A stretch of DNA of 64,000 bases from an uncultured Chloroflexia bacterium (lineage in GTDB: Bacteria > Chloroflexota > Anaerolineae > CG2-30-64-16). Location of the stretch: the NCBI GenBank assembly GCA_963774265.1, contig CAVZDU010000009.1, forward strand, positions 75,144 to 139,143. The letters are read 5' to 3'. Positions 1 to 10,203 of the stretch are shown piece by piece. Position 1 is the first letter of the stretch, and each line of letters opens with the position of its first letter. The position numbers were made by a program, and so were the translations under genes. Under the pieces are notes generated by a model. It saw only the letters and a program-made list of their open reading frames with translations. It was not told the DNA's origin and ran no database searches.

Positions 1-133
1 GTATCTCGTCTATCACGACGTGATCGGTCAACGATTCTGCCCGCGCCAGGTGGAGCTTGCCGGCTTTCGGCCTGTGGGTGCGATGCGGATCGAAATCCTC
101 ATCCAGCCAGTCGTCAATTCGATAACGAGCCAC
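1..133 (-). CDS. 5' part of a gene running off the window (MARYRIDDWLDEDFDPHRTHRPK...); possibly a RIO1-like kinase N-terminus (tentative)
   Basis: GTG at 133-131 with GAGG upstream; frame open to the window edge; only 44 codons visible. Confidence 0.4.
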   Translation of the reverse strand, partial: MARYRIDDWLDEDFDPHRTHRPKAGKLHLARAESLTDHVVIDEI

Positions 134-154
134 AGTAGCAACCTCATCAGAGTT

Positions 155-192
155 AAAAAGGCGGCCGCAAGCTCTCATGCGCTTGCGGCCGC
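155..192 (-). terminator. Intrinsic terminator/attenuator in the leader of the gene at 1-133
   Basis: 12-bp perfect stem GCGGCCGCAAGC/GCTTGCGGCCGC followed by CTTTTT on the minus strand. Confidence 0.8.
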
Positions 193-226
193 GCGGTTTA
201 CGATGGTCTCGTCAGGACAAACTGAC

Positions 227-307
227 CTACACCGCTGTTCCGGAGCGCGCACGAGGGCCCGTATTGGACGAAGCACCTGCCACTACATAGCCGGGTATGG
301 TCACCAT
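227..307 (-). CDS. Putative 26-aa leader peptide MVTIPGYVVAGASSNTGPRARSGTAV
   Basis: ATG 307-305, TAG 229-227, AGGAGAGGAGG upstream; lies between a promoter and the terminator. Confidence 0.45.
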   Translation of the reverse strand: MVTIPGYVVAGASSNTGPRARSGTAV

Positions 308-352
308 AGGCTTCGTGCGCCTCCTCTCCTGGATGAATGACTTTCGGTCGAT

Positions 353-381
353 ACAGTATCACACGTGGTGTGACCTGTCAA
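353..381 (-). promoter_or_regulatory. Sigma70-type promoter for the leader
   Basis: TTGACA (381-376)-17 nt-TACTGT (358-353). Confidence 0.6.
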
Positions 382-430
382 GGAAAAACTGCCGGCGGTC
401 TGGACGCGGTATTCCCATTGGGTTTCAACG

Positions 431-700
431 CTACACCTCGTCATGGCTGCCGACATCGAGCAGGATGATCTCTTTCTCCGTGACCTGCAGCGTGAAGGTG
501 ATGCGATAGTTGTAGGTTACGCTGACCGCCGGGATGCCCTTGAGGTTGCCGCCAAACAGATGATATTTCAGGTGCGGCTGAAAGGGATCCTCCTCCAGGT
601 CGCGCAAGACCGCAACGAAACGCTCCTGGAGCTCCGGATGCTGCTGCACGAACTTCTTGGCTGCGCGAACGAACGCGGCTGTCCAAACAACTTCATACAT
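431..700 (-). CDS. Type II TA toxin, RelE/YafQ-like mRNA interferase
   Basis: 89 aa, F.RAAKK...LKYH...YRITF...LLDVGSHDEV C-terminal pattern; immediately downstream of an antitoxin. Confidence 0.8.
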   Translation of the reverse strand: MYEVVWTAAFVRAAKKFVQQHPELQERFVAVLRDLEEDPFQPHLKYHLFGGNLKGIPAVSVTYNYRITFTLQVTEKEIILLDVGSHDEV

Positions 701-703
701 GCA

Positions 704-974
704 TCACTCCGCCAGATTCAGTTCGCGCAACAGGTCCTCCACGGTGCCTCGCTTCACCCTCCCCGCCTTCAGGTCTTCAAGAGAGGCCAGTACCGCGCGC
801 TTCGTAGGCCTCTTCCTGCACCTCGAGCAACTGCTGATAACGTTCCTGGGACAAGACAACGTACTGCGGCCGGTTATCGCGGATGATGTGTACATCGCCC
901 TTGGCGAGCAGCTCGTCCACCGCGCCGATCCCGCGACGCTTGATCTCTTGAGCTGGTATGGTGTTGATGGCCAC
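704..974 (-). CDS. Phd/YefM-family antitoxin (one frameshift near 797)
   Basis: Joined frames give VAINTIPAQEIKRRG...VHIIRDNRPQYVVLSQERYQQL...ASLEDLKAGRV; AGGAGG RBS. Confidence 0.75.
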
Positions 975-996
975 ACGTTCCTCCTGGTACTGATTT

Positions 997-1047
997 GGGT
1001 ACTGAAAAGATGCTATTTTTAGTACCACATTTCGTGCTGTCTGTCAA
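997..1047 (-). promoter_or_regulatory. TA promoter with overlapping operator palindrome
   Basis: TTGACA-17-TACTAA; inverted repeat GGTACTGAAAA...TTTTAGTACC over the -10/+1 region, typical of TA autorepression. Confidence 0.55.
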
Positions 1048-1059
1048 GCCAGAAAACCA

Positions 1060-1249
1060 TCAGTAGGCTCGGGCGGCGCGTTCCATGTAGGTGTAGTCTT
1101 CGTCGACCGCGGTGACCCGAAAGTCGAGCTTCTCATAGAAGCTTCTCGCCGGGTTCACCATACGAGCGCATGGTGCGGTCAATCACATCGTAAAAGAGCT
1201 GTGCGTCGTCGGCCGTGGACGGACGGAGTGTGATGGGCAGCGACATCAT
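1060..1249 (-). pseudogene. GNAT acetyltransferase remnant (internally deleted)
   Basis: N-terminal ITLRPSTADDAQLFYDVI joined to a C-terminal ...EKLDFRVTAVDEDYTYMER segment; far too short for a full GNAT. Confidence 0.4.
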
Positions 1250-1327
1250 GGATGCACTTTCCTCGCCCCCGGCTAGCCGTCGTCGGTCGCTTCGGCCGCG
1301 GCTGCAGCCGCGGCCCCGTACGCCCCC

Positions 1328-1540
1328 TCAAGCGGGCAGAGACCGCTCCCGCCGCGCGGACCGGCTGAGCGGACGCTTGGCCACCAGTGTGACCTTGCCG
1401 CTGTTCTCAGGCGGGAAGGCGCTCACCAGCTCCCACCCCTCTTCGCCCCACTCGTTCAAGATCGCATCGACCACCTCATCCTTGGTGTTGAAGAAGCTGC
1501 CGACGGTCTGGACGCGGTACTCCCATTGGGTTTCTGCCAT
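1328..1540 (-). CDS. DUF4177-family small protein
   Basis: QWEYRV...LNEWGEEGWELVS motif. Confidence 0.75.
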   Translation of the reverse strand: MAETQWEYRVQTVGSFFNTKDEVVDAILNEWGEEGWELVSAFPPENSGKVTLVAKRPLSRSARRERSLPA

Positions 1541-1572
1541 ACGGCCTCCTCACCCGCCGATCAGGCGTCGGG

Positions 1573-2509
1573 TTACGATGACCCCTTCCCTGTCTGCTGC
1601 GCCAGCGCCACCAGCCCCGGCATCGCGCCCAGGTTCATGCTGTCCACCGCGCTGCTGGGAACGATCACCATCGCGCCGCGCTCCTTCAAGCCCTCGAAGA
1701 GCATGTTCATCGCCCGCAGGTGCAACGCGGTGGGGTTGTTCACATACGCTTCGGCCGCCTCAGCGAAGCTGGACGCAATCTGCTTCTCAGACTCGCCCAG
1801 GATCACGCGCGCCTGGCGCTCGCGCTCGGCTTGCGCCTGCCGGCTCATCGCGTTTTCCAGATCCGCCGGGATCACCACGTCGCGGATCTCGACCGACTGC
1901 ACCGTGATGCCCCACGGCGTGGTGCGCTCGTCGATGATCTTCTGAAGCTGGGCATCCATCGTCGCGCGGCCCACCAGGATGTCGGCCAGGGACATCTGGC
2001 CGATGACCTCGCGCAGCGCGGTCTGGGCGGCCCACGCGATCGCCGTGCGGTAGTCCTGCACCTCGAGCGCGGCCTTCTGCGCATCCCACACCATCCAGAA
2101 AAGCACCGCGTCCACGTCCGTCGGCACGGTGTCCCGGGTCAGCGTCTTCTCTGCGTTGAACGGCGTCACCATTACCCGATGGTCGATCCACGATGAGGCC
2201 GTATCCACGATCGGGATGATCCAGAACAGGCCCGGCCCGCGCAGCCCATGGAACTTGCCCATCCGCAGGATCGACGGCCTTCTCCCACTGGCGGGCAATT
2301 TGCAGAGCGAACAGAAAATACACGCCGATCAGTATCAGCACGGTGACCGCGGCGGCAGTGATGCCGGCACTGACAGCCTGGCCGTCCAACCACACGGCCA
2401 GCCCGACGGCCGCGGCGATCCATAGGATGAAGATCACCAACGCAACGGCGTTCGGCCCGCGGCCCGCAGCCCGCGGCTCCAGGTTCTGTTTTTGCCATTT
2501 GGTAGCCAT
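1573..2509 (-). CDS. SPFH/stomatin (slipin) family membrane protein (frameshift near 2270)
   Basis: Two N-terminal TM helices, then GPGLFWIIP...AQTALREVIG...WGITVQSVEIRDV...QAQAERERQA. Confidence 0.85.
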
Positions 2510-2529
2510 ACTTTCCTTCCTTTGTCGGG

Positions 2530-2946
2530 TTATGTCCCTTGCCCCTTTTCGCGGTCGTCCGTTTGGCGCGTCCAATCGCCAAATGCTGCCGTCCAGGCCG
2601 CGGCCACTTCAACCGGATCGTAACCCAGACGCTCGGCCTCGGCCAGCCACCCGGCCATCAGCTGCACCAGGCGCGCCTCCCACGGTGCGCCTGGTTCGCC
2701 AGGCGGCGACAGCTCCACCACGAAGGTGCCGCGGCCCTGCTGCGTCGAGATGATCCGATCTTCGTGCAGCAGGCGATAAGCCCGCGCGACGGTGTTGAAG
2801 TTGATCCGCAGCTCGGCCGCGACCTCACGCACGGTAGGGAGCTGCTCGCCCGGCGCCAACACGCCCGCGGCCACCTGCCCGCGCACCTGCTCCACGATCT
2901 GGCTGTAGATGGGAACCTTGCTCTGAAAATCCAGGCTAAGTTGCAT
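2530..2946 (-). CDS. GntR-family (YtrA-like) transcriptional regulator
   Basis: PIYSQI...LPTVREVA..L.INFNTVARAY...QGRGTFV; 138 aa. Confidence 0.9.
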   Translation of the reverse strand: MQLSLDFQSKVPIYSQIVEQVRGQVAAGVLAPGEQLPTVREVAAELRINFNTVARAYRLLHEDRIISTQQGRGTFVVELSPPGEPGAPWEARLVQLMAGWLAEAERLGYDPVEVAAAWTAAFGDWTRQTDDREKGQGT

Positions 2947-2959
2947 TGGCCCATCTCAT

Positions 2960-3012
2960 TGAATGAATTGTATCAATGAATGAATTGTATCATGTGTTTG
3001 GGGATTTGTCAA
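2960..3012 (-). promoter_or_regulatory. GntR operon promoter with tandem operator repeats
   Basis: TTGACA-17-TACAAT; direct repeat TGAATGAATTGTATCA at 2960-2975 and 2977-2992. Confidence 0.7.
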
Positions 3013-3040
3013 GAGGAAAAATGCAGGGGAGGCCAGTCTC

Positions 3041-3238
3041 CTACAACCCTGCAAACTGGGTCGCGATGCGCTCGAGGGCTTCCTGCAGCACCGCGTCCGC
3101 GGTGAACATGGCAATCGTGTCATCATCGATGGTGTCGGCACCGAGCATCCCCGCGAGCAGCGGGCTAACGGCCCATTTCACGCTGTAGCTGTATTCTGCA
3201 TGGCGGCGATCGATGATTTCGTCGAAATCGTAGTGCAT
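3041..3238 (-). pseudogene. MalY/PatB-type PLP enzyme remnant (N- and C-termini fused)
   Basis: MHYDFDEIIDRR..SVKW...IAMFTAD joined directly to the family C-terminus AVLQEALERI. Confidence 0.6.
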
Positions 3239-3439
3239 CGTGATCCCCTTTCATCTGTCGTGCTGAGTGTAGCACAGGGAAATGAGTGACTCCAACCCGT
3301 TTCGGATCGCAGTTTTGGAGACCCGCCTACAGACCTCGCGTTGACTATTGATGCTTTAGTATTATATTAGTTTTATTATTGTACCGTTGTCAGATTAGCC
3401 AGCGACGACTGCGATACAGGATGGAAGGCATACGCCACA

Positions 3440-4852
3440 ATGACGCAGGGTTTCGAAACCAGGCTTGACCCGAAGGCCTTCGATGAGCTTCGGGCACACG
3501 TGCGGGGTCCGCTCCTGCTCCCGGGCAATCCCGCCTACGATGAGTCACGCTCCATCTGGAATGCTATGATAGACCGGCGTCCGGCGCTCATCTTGCGCTG
3601 CGCCGGCGTTGCCGACGTCGTGGCGGGCGTGAACTTCACGCGCGAGCGTGGCCTCAGCCTGTCCATCAAAGGCGGCGGCCACAATATCTCCGGGCTAGCC
3701 GTAAGCGACGGAGGACTGATGCTCGACATGTCGCTCATGCGCGGCGTGTGGGTGGATCCGGTCAGGCGTGTCGCTCGCGCCCAGGCCGGCTGCCTTCTGG
3801 GCGACCTGGATCGCGAGACCCAGGTCCACGGGCTTGCCGCTGTGCTGGGCTTCGTCTCCAACACGGGCATCGCGGGGCTCACGCTGGGCGGCGGGTTTGG
3901 TTACCTCACGCGCGGGTTCGGCTGGACGTGCGATAATCTTGAGTCAGTCGAGCTGGTCACGGCTGACGGGCGCCTGGTGACCGCGAGCGAGATAGAGAAC
4001 AGCGACCTGTTTTGGGGCTTGCGCGGAGGCGGCGGCAATTTCGGGGTAGTAACGAGCTTTGAGTACAAGCTATACCCCGTCGGACCTGAGGTGATGGGCG
4101 GCTTAATCGCCTGGCATGCCGAGGATGCCCCTGACGTGCTTGAGATGGTCCGCACCTTCACCGAGCAGGCGCCGCCCGAACTGACCTGCGCTGCGATCCT
4201 GCGGATGGCACCGCCGGCACCCTGGCTGCCAAGAGAGATCCACGGCAAACCTATCGTCGCGCTGGTCGTTTGCCATTCGGGATCTCTTGAGACGGCAGCG
4301 AAGCAGGTGGCGCCGATGAAGGCCTTCGGCTCGCCGCTGGGCGACATCATCCAGCGGCGGTCCTACGTGTCGCAACAGAGCATCCTTGATGCAACCCAGC
4401 CGGCGGGTCGGCGCTACTACTGGAAGTCAGAGTACCTGCCGAGGCTCGAGCCCGAGATGTTGAGCCAGGCCATCCAGCATGCCGGGCGCATCGTATCACC
4501 CCACTCGGCAATCGTCCTCTTCCCCATCGACGGACCGCTGAACCGGCTCCCTGCAGACCACTCTCCGGCGGGCAACCGTGACGCGGTCAGCGTGCTCAAC
4601 ATCACTGCATCCTGGGAGCGGGCCGAGGACGACAGACCAAATATCCAATGGGCGCGTGCCGCATGGCAAGACATGCGCCGTTTCTCTACGGGTGGCACCT
4701 ACGTGAATTTCCTGACGGAGGAAGAAGGGGTCGAACGTATTCGCGCCGCCTATGGAGGGAACTATGACCGGCTTGTCGAGGTCAAGGCAAGGTGGGATCC
4801 GGGGAACCTGTTCCGGATGAACAAAAACATTCCTACGACCTCATCAGGGTAG
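3440..4852 (+). CDS. FAD-linked oxidoreductase (berberine-bridge/6-HDNO-like)
   Basis: KGGGHN flavinylation motif, DLFWGLRGGGGNFGVVT, YVNF...RLVEVKARWDPGNLF. Confidence 0.9.
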   Translation: MTQGFETRLDPKAFDELRAHVRGPLLLPGNPAYDESRSIWNAMIDRRPALILRCAGVADVVAGVNFTRERGLSLSIKGGGHNISGLAVSDGGLMLDMSLMRGVWVDPVRRVARAQAGCLLGDLDRETQVHGLAAVLGFVSNTGIAGLTLGGGFGYLTRGFGWTCDNLESVELVTADGRLVTASEIENSDLFWGLRGGGGNFGVVTSFEYKLYPVGPEVMGGLIAWHAEDAPDVLEMVRTFTEQAPPELTCAAILRMAPPAPWLPREIHGKPIVALVVCHSGSLETAAKQVAPMKAFGSPLGDIIQRRSYVSQQSILDATQPAGRRYYWKSEYLPRLEPEMLSQAIQHAGRIVSPHSAIVLFPIDGPLNRLPADHSPAGNRDAVSVLNITASWERAEDDRPNIQWARAAWQDMRRFSTGGTYVNFLTEEEGVERIRAAYGGNYDRLVEVKARWDPGNLFRMNKNIPTTSSG

Positions 4853-4918
4853 ACCGCAAAGCCGAACACCACGTCATTCGCCGAACGGGCTGCTGCATCA
4901 CTTCTGCCGCGGGGCGGA

Positions 4919-5843
4919 TCAGCCAGCCCGTTCGGCCAGGTACACGCACCACTCCGGCGCATCCTTGAGCGCGAGACCGTCCCACGCAGGATGCACGGTC
5001 ATCTTCCCGAAACCCGCCTCGGCCAGCATCTCCCCGATCATCTCGACGGTGTACGCCTGGTCGGACAGTCCGTAGGACCTCATCTCGCCGGTCTCCAGGT
5101 TGAACACGTGGAACCGCTCGATGATGGCGCGCAGCTCGGGATCCCACGTGCGCTCGCCGAGGTGCAAGAACGGGAAATCGCCCCACAGGCCGCCCTGGTC
5201 GGTGTACCACCACGTGCTGTTCTGCTTATCGACTCGCGCGTCATCCAGGATCTCCAGCAGGAGCCTGGCGCCGGGCCGCAGGCCGGCGTGAATGCGCCGC
5301 AGCACGTCCAGCGATTCGTCCGGGCCGGAGCACGGTGAACTGGCCGTAGAGGTAGATGGCCGCATCGAACCCGCGCCCCGAGAAATCCATCTGCCGCACA
5401 TCGCCCTGGTGGATCTCGACGGGCAAGCCCGCGCACAACTCGCGCGCGTAGCGGACGGAGGCCGGACCGAAGTCGATGCCGGTGACCGCGACGCCCCGCC
5501 GCGCAAACTCAGCCGCATACAACCCCGGCCCACACGTTATATCGAATAGCCGGCTTCCCTCGCCCAGGGCCAGCCAGTCCGTCATGATCTGCACCAGGGC
5601 GCGCACCTCCGGCAGGCGGCGCGTGGCTGCGCCGTGGCTCTGGTCCAGGTGCTCGGCCAGCATGCGCTCGCTGAACTCCGGCTCATCCCACGGCAGGTTC
5701 CCCCCATCCCGCCAGGGGACGGGGGGTTGGGGTCGATCGTAAAGGGATTGCAGCGCCGCGGCAAGTCGTTCCGCGGCAGAAGGGGTATAAGACCTTCGAG
5801 GACTAGCGGTCCTCGAAGGTCGGTCAGTCGTTGCAGGAGGCAC
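4919..5843 (-). CDS. Class I SAM-dependent methyltransferase (frameshift near 5325)
   Basis: LPWDEPEFSERML..HLDQ, DITCGPGLY, GIDF, GDVR motifs; probable GTG start overlapping the upstream stop. Confidence 0.75.
5791..5821. repeat. REP-like palindrome within the methyltransferase 5' end
   Basis: GACCTTCGAGGAC-TAGCG-GTCCTCGAAGGTC, perfect 13-bp stem. Confidence 0.6.
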
Positions 5844-7004
5844 TAGCGCTCCGGCTCGGCGGCCGGCGCGTCCGGATCCAGTACAGGCGGCGCCGGCTCG
5901 GGATCTGGCTCCGGCACGAACGGAGCTAAGTCGGGCTCCGCCTCTGGCACGAAGGGCGCCAGGTCCGGGATCTGCCTCCGGGACAAGAGGCGCCGGGTCC
6001 GGGCTCGGCTCCGGCACGATGGGCTCCGGCTCGGGTGCAGGCGGCAACGTGGGCCGGGTCACCTGCCGGTAGGCCAGCGTCCATGCGCTGGATGTGAAGA
6101 CCTTGTACAGCCCACCGATCAGGCTCAGCGGGATGAGCATGATGATCAGGAAGATGGGCAGTCCCACCGCAACCGCCCACGGCACGGATCGGGTCGCCTC
6201 GTGGACTACATATCCCAGACCACCCCCCAGCCCGGCGGACAGCGCGATAACGGCCAGCACGATGGGGATCATTAGCAGGCCGAACCCGATGCCGATGCCC
6301 AGCATCACCAACCACATGCCGCCGATGTCGCGAACGCGGCTGCGCACGAGCGCGTAGCCCGAGCTCAGCGCATCTCCGATGCCCCTGTCCGCCAGCAGCA
6401 CCTCCCGGGACCAGAACTCCTGGAGCACAGACAGGATGATCGCCACGACAATGAGCACCAGGAGAACCAGCAGGCCGAGCATGACGGTCAGCACAATGCC
6501 GACGACGCGGCCGCCGTCGGTGTTGGTGAGCAGAAGCAACAGCGGCGCGGCTGCCAGCAGGAGCAACACGAGCGCGCCAAGCCCGACGATGATCCCGACG
6601 ATCAGCTCGAGCAGCCACAAGCGAAAAGTGCGATGGGTCCAGCCCAGCCGCAGGGCTTCCCGCCACGTGGGCGCGGCCCCCGTCTCCTCGATCTGGTCGA
6701 CGCTGCGGATCAGGGCCGCGCGCGACACGAACTGGACGATGGCGGACGCGATCACAACAAGGAAAAGCAGGCAGCAGCACAAGGCCACAATCCCCACCAG
6801 CCTCTCCGGCCGCAGAACGTCCCTAAGCCAGGGCATGTTCTGGAATTGCGGGCGATTGAAGTCGTTCCCGTTGAATCTGTAGCCGCTCCCGCCGCCTCCC
6901 CCGCCCCCTCCGCTGGTGAGCGCGATCAAGATGCCGAAGAGCCACAGCACCTTGTAGCGCCACACGATCGTCCACGCACGCTTGACAATGGCAATCTGAT
7001 CCAT
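5843..7004 (-). CDS. Multi-pass membrane protein with Pro-rich repetitive tail (frameshift near 5967; not fused to the methyltransferase)
   Basis: About 5-6 TM helices; corrected tail ...PDLAPFVPEAEPDLAPFVPEPDPEP...ER* ends at 5843. Confidence 0.7.
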
Positions 7005-7071
7005 GATCCCTCCTAAACGGTGATATCTCTCACAAACTACTACGCAGAACCGGGGTCGCTGGTTTCGGCCG

Positions 7072-8235
7072 CTAGAGCAGTGCGGTGTACCGCACCATCA
7101 CCTGGGCAAACAGCGGCGAAGACGATGCGATGCCGGTGACTTCGGACGCGACCTTCTCGATGCCGTCCGCACTGATGCGCGCCTGGAGCGCTTGCGCGAC
7201 AGGGTCGTCAGGGTGCGCGAACCGCAATCCGGCCGCGATGCCGGTGACGAGGTGGACGGGCGTGACGCCCTGCGCCAGCGCGTTGACGGCCGCGCCGGCC
7301 AGCCGGTCGCCCGGACTGAGCTTGCGCAACGGGTCGCGGCCGAGGCGCAGGATCGTATCGCCCAGCGCCCGGTTGCCGAACCGGTGCAACAGGTCGTCGA
7401 TGTTGGCGAGCAGCGCGCCCTGGGGCGGTCGGAATTTGCGCGTCAGGGCCAGCGCAGATTCTTCCATCGCGCCCCGCGCCTGGAAGTAGATCTCGTCATC
7501 CGCGAGCGCCTCATAACCGTACTCGAGACCCCTCAGATAACCGAGATAGCCGAGGGTGGCATGGCCCGCGTTGTGGATGTACAGCTTGCGCTCGGTGAAG
7601 AAGGCGAAGGGAGCATACGGAATCATGCCGGCGATGGTCGGAATAGGCCCGACGAATGCATCCCGGTCGACCGGCAGCTCCTTGTATGGCTCGACGAGGA
7701 TCAGGCTGGGGTCTTCGGCGCGCAGCTCAGGCGTGAGCGGCGGCACCATGCGCGCAATGACCGTGTCGACGAATCCGATGTGCCCGGCCACGAACGCGTG
7801 TAGCGCCTGGGGCAGGTGCGACAGCACCATGCCGCGAAAGATTTGGGCCGCGCCGTGGAGATTCTCACACAGGATCAGGTTGAAAGGTTCGTGGTTGCCG
7901 ATCTCCGCGCGGCGGCTGATGCCCCGCGCCACCACGGGCGCGATATGCTTCAAGACGCCTGCGCCAACGGCCGTCGCGCCGACTTCGGCGCGGGCCAGTA
8001 CGTCGGCCACCGCGTCGACCTCGCCGCTGTGCAGCGCGGTCACCGGCCCGACCTGCACCTCTTCCGTCCGCTCGTTGGTGACCAGGCGGATGGTGTAGCT
8101 TCGCCGTGCGTTGAGCGCGTCGAGCAACGTCCGGTCCACGTCAGCAAAGGTGACCGCGTAACCCGACTCGCTGAAGAGCTGGCCCATAAACCCGCGGCCG
8201 ATATTGCCCGCGCCGAAAATGATTGCCTGTTTCAT
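7072..8235 (-). CDS. mtlD: Mannitol-1-phosphate 5-dehydrogenase family
   Basis: FGAGNIGRGFMG, TAVG, CEN, ERKLYIHNAGHA, RLGRDPLRKL. Confidence 0.85.
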   Translation of the reverse strand: MKQAIIFGAGNIGRGFMGQLFSESGYAVTFADVDRTLLDALNARRSYTIRLVTNERTEEVQVGPVTALHSGEVDAVADVLARAEVGATAVGAGVLKHIAPVVARGISRRAEIGNHEPFNLILCENLHGAAQIFRGMVLSHLPQALHAFVAGHIGFVDTVIARMVPPLTPELRAEDPSLILVEPYKELPVDRDAFVGPIPTIAGMIPYAPFAFFTERKLYIHNAGHATLGYLGYLRGLEYGYEALADDEIYFQARGAMEESALALTRKFRPPQGALLANIDDLLHRFGNRALGDTILRLGRDPLRKLSPGDRLAGAAVNALAQGVTPVHLVTGIAAGLRFAHPDDPVAQALQARISADGIEKVASEVTGIASSSPLFAQVMVRYTALL

Positions 8236-10020
8236 TCGTACACATGCCCCGCATAGCGCCGCAAGAACTCCGCTTCCGCCTCCCGCGTCCAGGCGCCGCG
8301 CGGGCCGAGCAGGTCATGGACCGATGGCGCCGCGGACTTGAGATCTGCCAGCGCGGTCAACGGGAACGACTCCACCTGTGGGTAGATGACCATCTTGCCC
8401 GGGAAACGGCCGTCCATCAGGCCTTGCATCCCGTCGCGCGCCGCGTCGATGCCGCCGATGGCCGCAACCGCGGCTGCGGTGGAGAGCTGGGCGGTGAAGA
8501 CCTTGTCGAGCACCAGGCCCTGGTCGCGGATCGTCGAGCCGGCGGACCCGGTGATCTGGCTGCCGCCGAGATACACGTTTGAAAGGTCCAGTTGCGCGAT
8601 CGTGCCGCGCGCCAGCCCACCGAAGATCTGCAGCATCCCGTCAGGGGCCAGGTGCGGCATGGCGCTCTCGATCGCGGGCACACTGGCGACGATGACAATG
8701 ATGTCGTCAAAACCTCCTGAGCGGAGCCCGGAGGCGGAGTCGAAGGAACCGCGCGCTCCGCGCACCGCGGCTTCATATTCATCGGCGGGCATCTGCTTTG
8801 GATTCAACACGGTCAGCTCGACGCCGCGCTCCGCAGCAAGCGGCCCAAAATCGGCCGTGATCTCGGGGTTGCGCACGAGGTTCGACTCACTCACCAGGAT
8901 GCGCCGCGGGCCATCCCGCATCTCCAGCATGCGCTGCAGGTGCATCCGTCCCATGGGACCGCCGCCGCCGATGATCCACGCGGCGCCCGCGCGGGCGAAT
9001 CTCCGCACGGTTGGCCGCGTCTCCGTAGGCCGCACCGATATCGGGGCCGCGCGTGCCGATGTAAACCACATAGTCATAGTGCACGCGACCCGCGTCGACC
9101 CGCACAGGCCGCCCCAGCGGCCGCTCACCCACCAGGTTGACCACCGCGCCCGGCGCGAGGATGGCGGGCAGTGCATCGAGAATGTCGGGAGTGGGGTCGA
9201 GCACAATGACGTCGTCGAACCCGCCCGGGGCCTCCGTTGCGGCGAAGTCCGCAAAGCGGTCAGCCGCGATGCCATCGTGCATCTCCACGGGCGGCCAGGT
9301 GAATTGGTCGATGAGCGATTGGGGGACGTTGGTCGCCAGAATCTTGCGCGGCAGGCCGCAGCACAGGGTGTCGCCGAGTTGATAGTCGACCGCGCGCGGT
9401 TGAGCGTCCTTCGACTCCGCCGCTGCGCGGCTCCGCTCAGGATGCTTCGCCCCCACGATCCACAACACGCCGTCCTTCTTCACATGGAGCCGGCGCCGCG
9501 GGGTGTAGGCCGCCTCGACGCACGCCCACGGCTCGGTCAGCGCCACCTCCGCATACCCCATTCCCTCGGGCACCGGGATGGCATAGCAGCCCTCATCGCC
9601 GTCCAAAGCCGCGGGACCGAGCAGGCTGTACTGCGCCAGGCCGCCCACAAAAACATAGCCATAGGCCAGGTTCATGCCGCGGTAATAGATATCTGCCTGA
9701 AGCACAAGCCGCTGTCCGGGCTGGAAGCGGTCGCGCCACGCCTCGCCCACCTCGACCACCGTCATGGTGACCTCATGCCCCTGCACCACCGGGTGGCACG
9801 CCAGGTCGCGGTTGTAGAGCCGCGGATGCCCCGAACCCTGGCGGATGACCTTCACGTCGGAATAGCACAGCCCGACCGCGTCGGAGCGGACAAGAATCTG
9901 ATCGGGCGCGGGGCGGGGCGTGGTCCAGCGGGCCGGCTTACCGTCCAGGCCAAAATTCTCGATGCCCGCGCCGTAAAGCGGCCAGGCGAGCATGGTGTCA
10001 GGGATATCGCAGATGGGCAT
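8232..10020 (-). CDS. Extended Zn-dependent dehydrogenase, L-sorbose-1-phosphate reductase-like (frameshift near 9000)
   Basis: AWPLYGAG, GLCYSD, GHE, LTEPWACV, IIGGGGPMG, FPGKMVIYP. Confidence 0.75.
8715..8747 (+). repeat. Palindromic element copy A (in frame within the dehydrogenase)
   Basis: TCCTGAGCGGAG-CCCGGAGGCGG-AGTCGAAGGA. Confidence 0.7.
9404..9445 (-). repeat. Palindromic element copy B (in frame within the dehydrogenase)
   Basis: GCATCCTGAGCGGAG-CCGCGCAGCGGCGG-AGTCGAAGGACGC, encodes HPERSRAAAESKDA. Confidence 0.75.
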
Positions 10021-10203
10021 CTTTCTATTCCAAATTGAAGATTGAAGATCGATGAACGGCCCGAACTTCCTTCTTTCGTATTTCTTCTTCCTTGCGTAGT
10101 CACGTCCGCGCGATGATAACCTCAATCCCGGTTTTACTCAACTCCAGACGCGCGGCGTCGGGGAGCGCGTTGCCAGAGGTCAGCAACTTCCCTGCAAAAA
10201 CAC

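Noticed and set aside
5241-7004. 587-aa membrane protein-methyltransferase fusion in the ORF track
   Set aside because: A frameshift near 5967 restores the Pro-rich repeat tail ending at 5843; two genes are more parsimonious.
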